The position numbers were made by a program, and so were the translations under genes. The notes beneath the pieces were generated by a model. That model did no database searches and was not told the DNA's origin. It saw only the letters and a program-made list of their open reading frames with translations. From an uncultured delta proteobacterium (GTDB lineage: Bacteria > Myxococcota_A > Polyangia > Polyangiales > Polyangiaceae), in contig CAWKKR010000007.1 in NCBI GenBank assembly GCA_963850305.1, positions 64,001-128,000 on the forward strand: a stretch of 64,000 nucleotides of DNA, in the 5' to 3' direction. Position 1 is the first letter of the stretch, and each line of letters begins with the position of its first letter. Positions 1 to 8,702 of the stretch are shown here, in pieces.

Positions 1-2
1 TC

Positions 3-509
3 GAGCTCGTGGACGGGGAAGTCGTCATGCACGCCGCGCCCGGCATGTTGCACGGCTTCGGCATGGCGATGCTCGGCACGGAGCTCGTGAACGCTTATTG
101 CCATGGGAGGGGCGGTCCGGGGGGTTGGTGGATCCTTTACGAAGTCGACGTCGTCATCGAGCCGGGCGTGCAAGCTTATCGCCCCGACATCGTGGGTTGG
201 CGGAAAGAGTGCGTCCCCGCAATCCCCAAAGAGCAGCCCGTGCCGATCCTTCCGGACTTCGTCTGCGAAGTGCTGTCGCCGTCGAAGCCCTTCTGGGATC
301 GCGGCCCGAAGAAGCGCGGCTACGAGCGCGCGGGCGTGCCCTGGCTCTGGCTCCTCGACCCGAGCGCGCGGCGGCTCGAAGCGTACCAGCTGGTCGATCG
401 AGAATACCGCGAGGTCGCGATCGTGAGTGGAGCGACGCCGGCGAGGGTCGAGCCGTTTGCGGAGATCGAGATCGATGTGGCGGAGCTGTTTCCGGTGGAC
501 GAGGGGTAG
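3..509 (+). CDS. Uma2 (DUF820) family endonuclease, 5'-partial
   Basis: ELVDGEV..P..H N-terminal motif, RPDIVGW, PDFVCEVLSPS, DRGPKKRGYERAGVPWLWLLDP; frame is open from the window start. Confidence 0.9.
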   Translation, partial: ELVDGEVVMHAAPGMLHGFGMAMLGTELVNAYCHGRGGPGGWWILYEVDVVIEPGVQAYRPDIVGWRKECVPAIPKEQPVPILPDFVCEVLSPSKPFWDRGPKKRGYERAGVPWLWLLDPSARRLEAYQLVDREYREVAIVSGATPARVEPFAEIEIDVAELFPVDEG

Positions 510-521
510 GGGCGGCATCGC
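377..521 (+). repeat. 145-bp direct repeat, copy 1 (3' end of Uma2 gene plus 12 bp downstream)
   Basis: Identical to 1887-2031 except G497/C2007 and G503/A2013. Confidence 0.95.
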
Positions 522-689
522 TCCTCGCACGCGACGAGACAAGCCGCAGACGACGAGGTCAGTCATGGCGCCCGGTCTGGCGTGCGAGCTTCGGGAGGCA
601 GCCCTGCAAGGTTTCTCCGAGTAGCGCGTTGGCGCATACCATAGGGCAATTGGCACGCGCGTAAGGCGCAAGTTTCGAACGGTCGGCTC

Positions 690-1621
690 GTGTTTGACGA
701 GCTCACGGACTTGCCGGAGGGAGCGGCCCGGGCCGGTGAAGCGATGCCGCAGCTGCTCGACGCCGTCGGAGCCGGCGAGCCGCCCGACGCCGCCGACGAC
801 GCAAGCACGCGCGCGTCGGGCGCCAGGGGAGCCCTGGTAGACGCGCTCTGCTTCGGTCGCGTCCGGTACGACGAGTACGGTGTCGATCCGGACGATGTCG
901 CGCACGGGGAGCAACGCCGTGCGCGGGCGCGGGCCGCGCTGCTCCGGGCCCTCGCGAGAGGCAAGCGTCGTCACGCCGCCGCAGCACGCTTCCGGCGCTC
1001 GAAGCGACCGCGCAACGTCTCGATGCTTCGTGCTCCCGGCCCTTCTCGTTTCGTCCCCTCGTTCGAGCGGTCGCGTCGATGGGCGCCGCCGACCCGCAGG
1101 CGGCCGTCCGAGTCCTGGTGTCGCTGAAGCGCTGCCCGGGCGGGCTCGGCGAGCTCATGCCCGTCCTCTTTCGACTCGGGTCCCCGGGGATCGACGCGCT
1201 CCTCGCGTGGCTCCGGAGCGACGATCCGCCGGCGTGCGAGCGCGTCGACATCGCGACGTGGCTCCAAGCGAGTCACCTTCCGCTGTCGCCCGCCGACGCA
1301 GAGCTCTCTCGCTACCTCGTGACGTCTCATTGCCTGTCCCTGCCCGGAAGCGGGCAAGGAGCGCCGCCGGAGACTCGAACACTTGCGCCCACGGACTCCG
1401 TCTCCGACGCTACCAGGAGCCTGCTCGCGTGCCGGGCGGAAGGCCACTTGCCGCCGATGCGGATGCCGACAATCGACGCGAGCGCCGCCCGCGTATTCGC
1501 GGCGTGTCTGACTGAGTTCGCGTGCGGTCCATCGCGAGCCTCCTATGACCACACCTTGCGCCGGTGTTGTACCGGGGCGTTCGGCGCGCACCCGCCCGAG
1601 TTCTGCAAGCCCAAGCCGTAG
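690..1621 (+). pseudogene. Probable frameshifted alpha-helical hypothetical protein
   Basis: ORF 690-1127 reads protein-like to about 960, then the frame of ORF 1079-1621 reads protein-like (LPALEATAQRLD...PGIDALLAWLRSDD); no family recognised. Confidence 0.35.
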
Positions 1622-1886
1622 GGACACGTTTCTTCGCGGGCGCGACGTGCGGCGCCGCTATCCGGCCGGACTTTCGGCGTAACTCGTGGTGCCGGGTTTG
1701 GCGCCGACACCGAACGGCGTGCACGACGTACGCACCCGATAAAAGCCAAAGGCCATCGTCATTCACGCAGAAACTCCGAGTATCCGCTCCCCTCGGTTCG
1801 GTGAAGGTCACGCTGTTGCCTCCAGGCTCGTTCGCGGTTCGGGCGCTATGTCGCCACCCGGCACGGCCTTTGGCTTCCTTGGCCGC

Positions 1887-2031
1887 CGAAGCGTACCAGC
1901 TGGTCGATCGAGAATACCGCGAGGTCGCGATCGTGAGTGGAGCGACGCCGGCGAGGGTCGAGCCGTTTGCGGAGATCGAGATCGATGTGGCGGAGCTGTT
2001 TCCGGTCGACGAAGGGTAGGGGCGGCATCGC
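1887..2031 (+). repeat. 145-bp direct repeat, copy 2 (orphan Uma2 C-terminal fragment)
   Basis: Encodes the same EAYQLVDREYREVAIVSGATPARVEPFAEIEIDVAELFPVDEG* with no Uma2 N-terminus upstream. Confidence 0.95.
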
Positions 2032-2083
2032 GTCCGTCGGCGTCGATAGGCGCATCACGCGGCTCGAGGGCGCGTCCGTCGGC

Positions 2084-2480
2084 ATCGAGGAGCACGTCTC
2101 GAGCGTCGAGAGGCACGTCTCGAGCGTCGAGGAGCACGTCTCGAGCGTCGAGAGAGCGCGTCTCGAGCGTCGAGGAGCACGTCTCGAGCATCGAGGAGCA
2201 CGTCTCGAGCATCGAGGAGCACGTCTCGAGCGTCGAGGAGCACGTCTCGAGCGTCGAGGAGCACGTCTCGAGCGTCGAGGAGCACGTCTCGAGCGTCGAG
2301 AGGCGCGTCTCGAGCGTCGAGGAGCACGTCTCGAGCGTCGAGGAGCACGTCTCGAGCGTCGAGGAGCACGTCTCGAGCGTCGAGGAGCACGTCTCGAGCG
2401 TCGAGGAGCACGTCTCGAGCGTCGAGGAGCACGTCTCGAGCGTCGAGGAGCACGTCTCGAGCGTCGAGAGGCAGGTCTAG
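2084..2480. repeat. Tandem array of a 21-bp unit GTCGAGGAGCACGTCTCGAGC, about 18 full copies plus one partial
   Basis: Read directly; variants ATCGAG..., GTCGAGAGGC... and one 22-bp unit at 2147-2168; no spacers. Confidence 0.97.
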
Positions 2481-2842
2481 TGCACCGTCGTCGAGATGCG
2501 ATCAAGCATTCTGCGGTGTGACCGGCACCGGGGCGCTCGAAGGTACGCCGAGCCGGCATCGACGAGGTGGTTCCCATCACGCCGGATCAGTTCCGGCGAT
2601 TCGCGCATCGAAGGTCGCACTCGACGCGGCGCTCGGCTGGGGCGACCGCCGTTCGTCTGCGTGCTGACGATACAGGGACGCTGGACTCCATGGTCTGCAA
2701 CGTGGGCGTCTACTGTTAGCCCAAGCGCCTCCGAGCGCCTGGCAGGTCTTGCGTGTGGTAGTTTCGACGGACGTCGGGGGAAGATCGGTGGACACACGAC
2801 CAATTCGGCGCGCCCTCGAGTGGCGCTGGGTTCGGCGCTTGC

Positions 2843-3120
2843 GCGGCTCTGATTGGGTGTGGCACCCCGTCGTCGAGCGCCAAGCCCGCGGGGAGCGACG
2901 GCGCGCCCTGCTATCCCAACGGCACGTGCAACTCGGGTCTCATGTGCGCCAGCAACGTTTGCGGGAGCGCCGCGACGGGAGCCGCCGGGAACGGATCAGG
3001 ACCCAGGTCGGACGGCGGGAGCGCCACGGGCCAGGACGGCGCGCCCTGCACGATCCATGGAAGCAGCTGTAGCGCCGATTGCGAGGGGAGCTGCGGCGCG
3101 GACCCGAGCTGCATCGTTCT
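2843..3120 (+). pseudogene. Cys-rich lipoprotein fragment
   Basis: In-frame AALIGC lipobox-like site, then GSDGAPCYPNGTCNSGLMCASNVC...CTIHGSSCSADCEGSCGADPSC; no in-frame start codon before the lipobox; runs into the stop of the convergent gene. Confidence 0.45.
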
Positions 3121-3512
3121 CACCCCCGCCGCTTCCTCGCTATTCGCTTCGCCTCACGCTCGGTCGGCGCCCACGTTGGAGTCTTCGTCGACTCGGCCTG
3201 AACGTGCGCCAGGGTGGCGGCGAACACCGGCGCAAGGTTCATTTCGTCGCCAATGAGTGCGCCGAGCTTCGTCATCGCATCGTCGGCGTGGCTCCACGCC
3301 GCAGAGTGGCCGATCGTGCCGGGATCCGCGCGAGTCGCGAGATCGATCGCGGTCTTCAGTTTCTCGCCGATCTGCTTCAAGTCCTCGAGCGCGAGCGGAT
3401 TGCCCGCGCCTGCTTGCTCCGCTCGGTAGAGCGCGCGCGTGATGCCGAGCAGGTCACGTGCGGCACCGACGGGGAAACGTGCGTTGCGGAAGCGGGCGGC
3501 GAGGACGGTCAC
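3120..3512 (-). CDS. Hypothetical all-helical protein (130 aa)
   Basis: Amphipathic helices (RDLLGITRALY, LKQIGEKLKTAIDLA, PGTIGHSAAW); high-GC codon pattern; basic C-terminal tail. Confidence 0.7.
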   Translation of the reverse strand: MTVLAARFRNARFPVGAARDLLGITRALYRAEQAGAGNPLALEDLKQIGEKLKTAIDLATRADPGTIGHSAAWSHADDAMTKLGALIGDEMNLAPVFAATLAHVQAESTKTPTWAPTEREAKRIARKRRG

Positions 3513-3684
3513 GGGGCCGCTGAAGCTAGCCGATCCAGCTCGGGGCGTCGCCGGTACTCCGGCGCCGAGAACCTCAAGGCGACGTGGACCCGCTGTTCGA
3601 CGGCGGCATCCTCGAACGGGTCATCGCGCAGGATCGACGTGCCTTTCTCGAACTCTTGCGCGAAACGCGATACTCTCCCCGATC

Positions 3685-4638
3685 ATGAAGCTCGACGATC
3701 TGGCGAGGCACCTCTCGAATCGCGAGCACATCGGACTGACGGAGGAGGTCGCGAAGAAGCTCGGCATCACGACCGAAGAAGCGACGCGGGGTCGCCTGAT
3801 GGCCCTTGCGGACATGGACCGGTCGTACTTCGGCGTGTACCTGCTCGCAGCCTACGTCGTGAACGACACCGATTTCTGGGGCGATGGGGAGGTCTACTGG
3901 TGGTCGGTGCCGACGCTCCTCGATGCGGAAGGCAAGGTCCAGAAGGACTGGCTCTACGGGCTCCCGAACGGCGGCCCGCCGCACAAGGTCGGCTCCCTCG
4001 AGTGGATGACGAACCTGTCGCTGAAGGACATGCCGCTCCTCGCGGTGATCCCGCCGGAAGAGCGCATCGCGGCGTGCACGGTCCGCCTCGCGTTCTACGA
4101 CGATGACGGCAAGCCGGCGAACCTCGCGGCCTCGATGACCGCGGGCCTCGATGCGTTTGCGAGCGTGTCGTCCGAGCCACTCTCGTCGGCCGACCAGATC
4201 ATCACGCCGGTGCGGCAGGCCATCTTTGCCGGACTCAAGGCGGAAGAAGACGACATCCTGGTCGATCAGGACGTGACGATCCGGCGCGGCAACGTCATCC
4301 CGTTCAGCTCGGGGATGATCGGCGCGGTGATGACGTCCAACATCCGCGTCTATTATCTCGTGAAGGACGAAGACCGCACCGAGACGTTCGGACCGGTGAC
4401 GTTGCACAAGGGCCAATCGGAGACCGTGCGCTTCCCGAGCACGCTCCGCAGCGGCGGCCGGCTCAGCCTGTTCGGCAGAGGTGAGAACGTCACCTGCTCG
4501 GCCTTCGGCGAGCTGAACGTCGACACACCATTCGTGAACCGGGTCGTGGATTCCGCGCACGAGTCCGCGCTCACCGACGGATTCACGCTGACCGGGACCG
4601 GCCCGGCAAAGTTCGTCGCATTCTACACGCCGCCGTGA
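3685..4638 (+). CDS. Hypothetical protein, possible C2-like domain
   Basis: ATG at 3685 within ORF 3439-4638; strong GC3 bias; acidic loops NDTDFWGDGEVY and AFYDDD. Confidence 0.75.
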   Translation: MKLDDLARHLSNREHIGLTEEVAKKLGITTEEATRGRLMALADMDRSYFGVYLLAAYVVNDTDFWGDGEVYWWSVPTLLDAEGKVQKDWLYGLPNGGPPHKVGSLEWMTNLSLKDMPLLAVIPPEERIAACTVRLAFYDDDGKPANLAASMTAGLDAFASVSSEPLSSADQIITPVRQAIFAGLKAEEDDILVDQDVTIRRGNVIPFSSGMIGAVMTSNIRVYYLVKDEDRTETFGPVTLHKGQSETVRFPSTLRSGGRLSLFGRGENVTCSAFGELNVDTPFVNRVVDSAHESALTDGFTLTGTGPAKFVAFYTPP

Positions 4639-4644
4639 ATGCGA

Positions 4645-4890
4645 CAGGGTGGCGTTCACGGCGACGCCTGCCGTAAAGGAGTTCGCGGAGCTCGCGACGA
4701 GTGTGGTCGGCGAACCGCCTTCGAGCGGCATCTGCATCAACGCACCGTCGAACGTCGTGAAATAAAGGGAGGCGCGGTCCACCGCGATCCCGAGCGGTCG
4801 AAGGGTCGTCGTGAGGAGCGTCGTCACCGGGCCGCCTCCGAGCGGCATCTTCAGGATCGTACCTCCGACGTAGGTGCTCCAGTAAAGCGG
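4645..4890 (-). pseudogene. Beta-propeller repeat (DUF5050-like) gene fragment
   Basis: LYWSTYVGGTILKMPLGGGPVTTL...GIAVDRASLYF...LMQMPLEGGSPTTL...GVAVNAT, same repeat type as 20242-21549; lacks its own start and stop. Confidence 0.7.
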
Positions 4891-4894
4891 AGGG

Positions 4895-5490
4895 AGCTTC
4901 TTCGTCTACGAGCTTCCCTACAAAGGGAGGTCGCTGGTCATGGACTTCCTCGTCCCGAGCGGCGCGCTGTCGGCCTTCGAGGCGGGCCTCACGGATACCT
5001 CGTTGACCGGCGCGCTGGCCTCGGTAGGCTCGGCATCGCAAGTGATTCTCCTGCTGCCCAAGTTCTCCTTCACGAATCGCCTGGCGCTCGTTCCCGTGCT
5101 CACCGCCATGGGCATGCCCGACGTCTTCGACCCGACCAAGGCCGACCTCTCCGGGATGGACGGCGCGAGCGACCTGTTCGTAAACGCAGTCGTGCAGGAG
5201 GCGCTGGTGCAGGTGGACGAGCACGGAACCGTCGCTGCTGCCGCGACTGCGTAGCGGGAACGCAGTCGGCTGGCTCAAGCGAACCCGAGATAGTAACAAT
5301 CGACCACCCGTTCCTGTTCCTCATCCGTGACACGAAGAACGGCAGCATCCTCTTCATGGGCCGAGTGGAGGACCCGCGTCAGAGCTCGCCGACAGGGGGC
5401 GAGCCGACTCCCGGCGTAACGACCGATGCCGGGAGGGCATCTGATGGAGGCGGGGACGCCTCGACAGTCTCAACCCCTGCCAGGAACTAG
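4895..5490 (+). pseudogene. Serpin C-terminal half, 5'-truncated and frameshifted near 5250
   Basis: ELPYKG..LVM, LPKF, GMPDVF..ADLSGM, hinge VDEHGTVAAAATA, then in a second frame the serpin signature IDHPFLFLIRD...ILFMGRVEDP. Confidence 0.9.
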
Positions 5491-5681
5491 CAGCTAGCGA
5501 GCGCTACCTCCCGGGTCATCCGAGGCGGGGGATTCGAAGTCGTGGCATCGCAGGTGCTCTCGGCTAGCCGCAGCTTCACCAGCCCGGCGGGTGAGTCCGG
5601 CGTAGGCGTTCGATGCGCAAGGCCCCCGGAGTGAGTTGTCCTCACCGAAACCACTTCGACACGGTCACGCCGCTCCGAGCG

Positions 5682-7622
5682 TCATCCGTCCGAGCCGCAG
5701 CTCGTCGTGTTCGCGTCGAGTGGACACGGGTCGCACGCGTCCCCGACGCCATCGCCGTCGGCATCGGCTTGCACACCGTCGTCGAGCGGCCGCACGGGGT
5801 TGAAGACGAGCGGGCAATCGTCTCGATTGTCGGGGATGTTGTCGCCATCGGCGTCGGTGCTCGTGGCGGTTCCCGCGTACACGGTCGACCCGTTCACGGA
5901 AACGGAGCGCATCGGCGTGCAGGTCGGCTCGTTCGGAGGCGCGCCGCACGCGAAGAGCGGGTAAGCGCCGTTGCCGACGGCGGTCTCGAGTGCGGCGAGG
6001 TTCTCGCCGATCTCCGTCGATAGGCACACCGCTTTCGTGTTTCCGCACACGGCAAGCGCATCGCAGCCCGTGGCATCCGGGATCGCTCCGACGATGCTCG
6101 CGTCGCCGTAGAGGACCTTGCCGCTCCGGAGCACCAGTTCGACATCCTTCGGCTCCGCGCTGACGACGGCATCGAAGGCGTCGCGCGCCGAGCCGTCGAA
6201 GATGGCGACGTCCCCGAGCATTCCCGGTGCGAGCGTGCCGAGCACCGTACCGATTCCGGCGACGCCGGCTGCATTGGCCGTCACCATCATCCACAGGTCG
6301 CGATCCGTGAATGCGCCGTCGAGATAGCTTTGGTCGAAGGAAGCGGCGCAGGCGAGCTCCCGCAGCAGGTTCATGGATCCGGATGGGATCCAGTCCGAGC
6401 CGAGCGCGATCCGCACGCCGAGCCGCGCCGCGGCGGTCACCGTGGCGGTGTTCCCGTAGAGCGACAGGTTCGAACGGGGCGACCAGACCAGCGACGTGCC
6501 GGCGCGGGCCATCGCGGCATAGTCGCGCGCCGTGAGCCCGACGGCCTGGACGAACGCGCTCTTCGCGACGAGCACGTCGTGTCCGGGATCCCCCGCGCCG
6601 AGACAGTTGAACTCGTTCTCGGCAAAGGCGTCGATGCCTTCCGCGACGTGTGGCAGATAAGCGTCGTCCGCGTCGAGCGACGCCTCAGCGACGACGTTTG
6701 GATAGCCGCAGCCCGTCGCGAGCTGCGTTCCGTCGGTGTCCCCGAGAGGGAACGTGGCCGAGACGATGGTCTCCGTCACGTCCTGTTCGAGAGCCGTCGA
6801 GTCCAGGTTTCGGAGTAGTCCTGGCACTCCCCCGGAGCTCACCGTCGACGTCGCGCCGCCCAGCACGAACCGCAGCTCGCCCCAGGAGACCTGGTCCGTG
6901 GAGGCCCTGCCGGGGGCCACGAGCTTCGTGTGTCCGCTGTCGCCCTCGCGCCAGTCCTGGCGCTGTTCGTAGCGTTCGCCCGTGTCGACGAACGGTTGGT
7001 TCTGCGAGTACCCGAGGTGATCGTGCGTGTTGATCAGCGCAGGGGAGATGACCCCGCTCGGACACGTGACGGTCGTCGCAGTCTTGGCAATCGCCGCGCA
7101 CGCGGAGCCGGATGCGCATGCCGAAGCGCAGCCGACCTGCGCGATCTTGCCCGCGGCGTCCAGGACGACCTGGCCGCCGCGATAGACGGCGGTCGGCGTC
7201 AATACGGTTCCCGTGAGGACACGACCCAGGTCACCGGGCGTCGTCACGCAAGGTCCCCGTTCGAGCGTCGCGCAGAGGACTTCGGAAAGGCCGGAACCGC
7301 GGTTCGCGGCGTCGGGCACGTTTCCGTCGCGGCTGGCGTCCCTGTTCGCCACCGCCGCGTCGTGTCGGCCGCCGTCGTGTGCCCGTTCGCCCGCGTCGCG
7401 CGGCGGGCCGAGGTGGGCTCCGTCCGGTGCGCCGTCGATCGCCCCGCGCGGTCCGCCGTCGGAGCAGTGCGTGCACACCGCCGCGTCACGATCGGAGTTT
7501 CCGCCCGAGCCGGCGGGTGAACCGCTGTCCCCGCGATCGTCGCGGCTCGCTCGCCTGCTGCAAGATAGGGCGAGGCCGAGCGCGGTGAACCCGAGCAGCG
7601 AGCGCGCGCGCCCGGCGTTCAC
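5682..7622 (-). CDS. Amidohydrolase-family lipoprotein with C-terminal thrombospondin type-3 repeats
   Basis: Signal peptide with LALSC; metal ligands NTHDH, HVAEG, ALGSDW; DADGDNIPDNRDDCP and DADGDGVGDACD. Confidence 0.85.
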   Translation of the reverse strand: MNAGRARSLLGFTALGLALSCSRRASRDDRGDSGSPAGSGGNSDRDAAVCTHCSDGGPRGAIDGAPDGAHLGPPRDAGERAHDGGRHDAAVANRDASRDGNVPDAANRGSGLSEVLCATLERGPCVTTPGDLGRVLTGTVLTPTAVYRGGQVVLDAAGKIAQVGCASACASGSACAAIAKTATTVTCPSGVISPALINTHDHLGYSQNQPFVDTGERYEQRQDWREGDSGHTKLVAPGRASTDQVSWGELRFVLGGATSTVSSGGVPGLLRNLDSTALEQDVTETIVSATFPLGDTDGTQLATGCGYPNVVAEASLDADDAYLPHVAEGIDAFAENEFNCLGAGDPGHDVLVAKSAFVQAVGLTARDYAAMARAGTSLVWSPRSNLSLYGNTATVTAAARLGVRIALGSDWIPSGSMNLLRELACAASFDQSYLDGAFTDRDLWMMVTANAAGVAGIGTVLGTLAPGMLGDVAIFDGSARDAFDAVVSAEPKDVELVLRSGKVLYGDASIVGAIPDATGCDALAVCGNTKAVCLSTEIGENLAALETAVGNGAYPLFACGAPPNEPTCTPMRSVSVNGSTVYAGTATSTDADGDNIPDNRDDCPLVFNPVRPLDDGVQADADGDGVGDACDPCPLDANTTSCGSDG

Positions 7623-8596
7623 GCTCCGACCGTGAGGATCGCCTTGCCCACGACCTTGCGATCGATGATCGCGCGCAGCGCCTCTGCGGCCTTCGCGAGC
7701 GGAAAGCGATGCGAGATGAGCGGCTTGAGCTTACCTTCCTCGTAATAGCGGAAGATCTCGGCGAAGTTTCGTCGATTGACGTCGGGCTCACGCGCGGCAA
7801 AGGCGCCCCAGAACACGCCGACGACGGCGCACCCCTTCAGCAAGATGAGATTCGCCCTGGCCTGCGGGATCGAACCCCCTGCGAAGCCCACTACCAGGAG
7901 TCGTCCGTCCCAGTTCATGCATCGGAGCGATTGCTCGAACAGATCGCCCCCCACCGCGTCGTAGATGACGTCGGCGCCCTCGCCGAGTTTCTTGACCTCG
8001 TCCTTCAGCGAGGCCGTCCGGTAATTCACGACGTGGTCGGCGTGGTACGCGTCGCGCACCACGGCGAGCTTTTCGTCGTCGCCGCCCGCCGCGATCACCT
8101 TCGCGCCGAGGAGCTTCCCGAGCTCGACCGCCGCCGAGCCGACGCCGCCCGTCGCTCCGAGGACGAGCAGCGTCTCGCCCGGTGCCAGGCGTCCGCGCTG
8201 AACCAGCGCGTGGTAGCTCGTCCCGTACGTCATGCTGATGGCCGCGCCGTCGTCGTAGGTCATCTTCGCCGGCATCTGGAGGCAGCGCTCGGCGCCGATG
8301 ACGACCTCCTCGCGAAAGCCATTCCAGCCCGTCATGCCGATGACGCGATCGCCCGGGCGAAAGTCGCTCACCCCGGCGCCCACTTCGAGCACGTCCCCGG
8401 CCACCTCCGCGCCCGGTGAGAACGGCGGCGGAGGCTTGAACTGGTACTCGCCCTTGATGATGAGCACGTCCGGAAAATTCACGCCCGCTGCGCGCACGCG
8501 AATTCGAACCTGTCCCGATGCTGGTGCCTCCGAGGGCACGTCCTCGAGCACGAGGTTCTCGGGGGGTCCGTATTCCTTGCAGAGAATGGCCTTCAT
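7619..8596 (-). CDS. NADPH:quinone oxidoreductase family (MDR, zeta-crystallin-like)
   Basis: MKAI..YGPPE, AAGVNFPD, PGAEVAG, LVLGATGGVGSAA, GKAIL; ATG at 8596 with GGAGG upstream. Confidence 0.93.
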   Translation of the reverse strand: MKAILCKEYGPPENLVLEDVPSEAPASGQVRIRVRAAGVNFPDVLIIKGEYQFKPPPPFSPGAEVAGDVLEVGAGVSDFRPGDRVIGMTGWNGFREEVVIGAERCLQMPAKMTYDDGAAISMTYGTSYHALVQRGRLAPGETLLVLGATGGVGSAAVELGKLLGAKVIAAGGDDEKLAVVRDAYHADHVVNYRTASLKDEVKKLGEGADVIYDAVGGDLFEQSLRCMNWDGRLLVVGFAGGSIPQARANLILLKGCAVVGVFWGAFAAREPDVNRRNFAEIFRYYEEGKLKPLISHRFPLAKAAEALRAIIDRKVVGKAILTVGA

Positions 8597-8702
8597 CGCG
8601 TGGTCCTCCGCGCGCGAGCTTTGCGGAGCTTCGACGCCGCCGTCAATCTGCACGCGGACCCGTTGCTTGCGAGCCCGGGAATCGCGCTAGGCTGGGCGGC
8701 TC

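Noticed and set aside
651..668. Sigma-54 promoter at TTGGCACG
   Set aside because: The -12 GC is not at the required 10-nt spacing
930..1000. LLRALARGKRRHAAAARF resembling a DGR/group II RT N-terminus
   Set aside because: No downstream RT motifs (QG, YxDD) found in the frames examined; likely out-of-frame sequence past a frameshift
377..2031. Diversity-generating retroelement VR/TR pair
   Set aside because: Only two mismatches, both synonymous, one not at an adenine; no reverse transcriptase in the window
2084..2480. CRISPR array
   Set aside because: Units are contiguous with no unique spacers, and no cas genes are present
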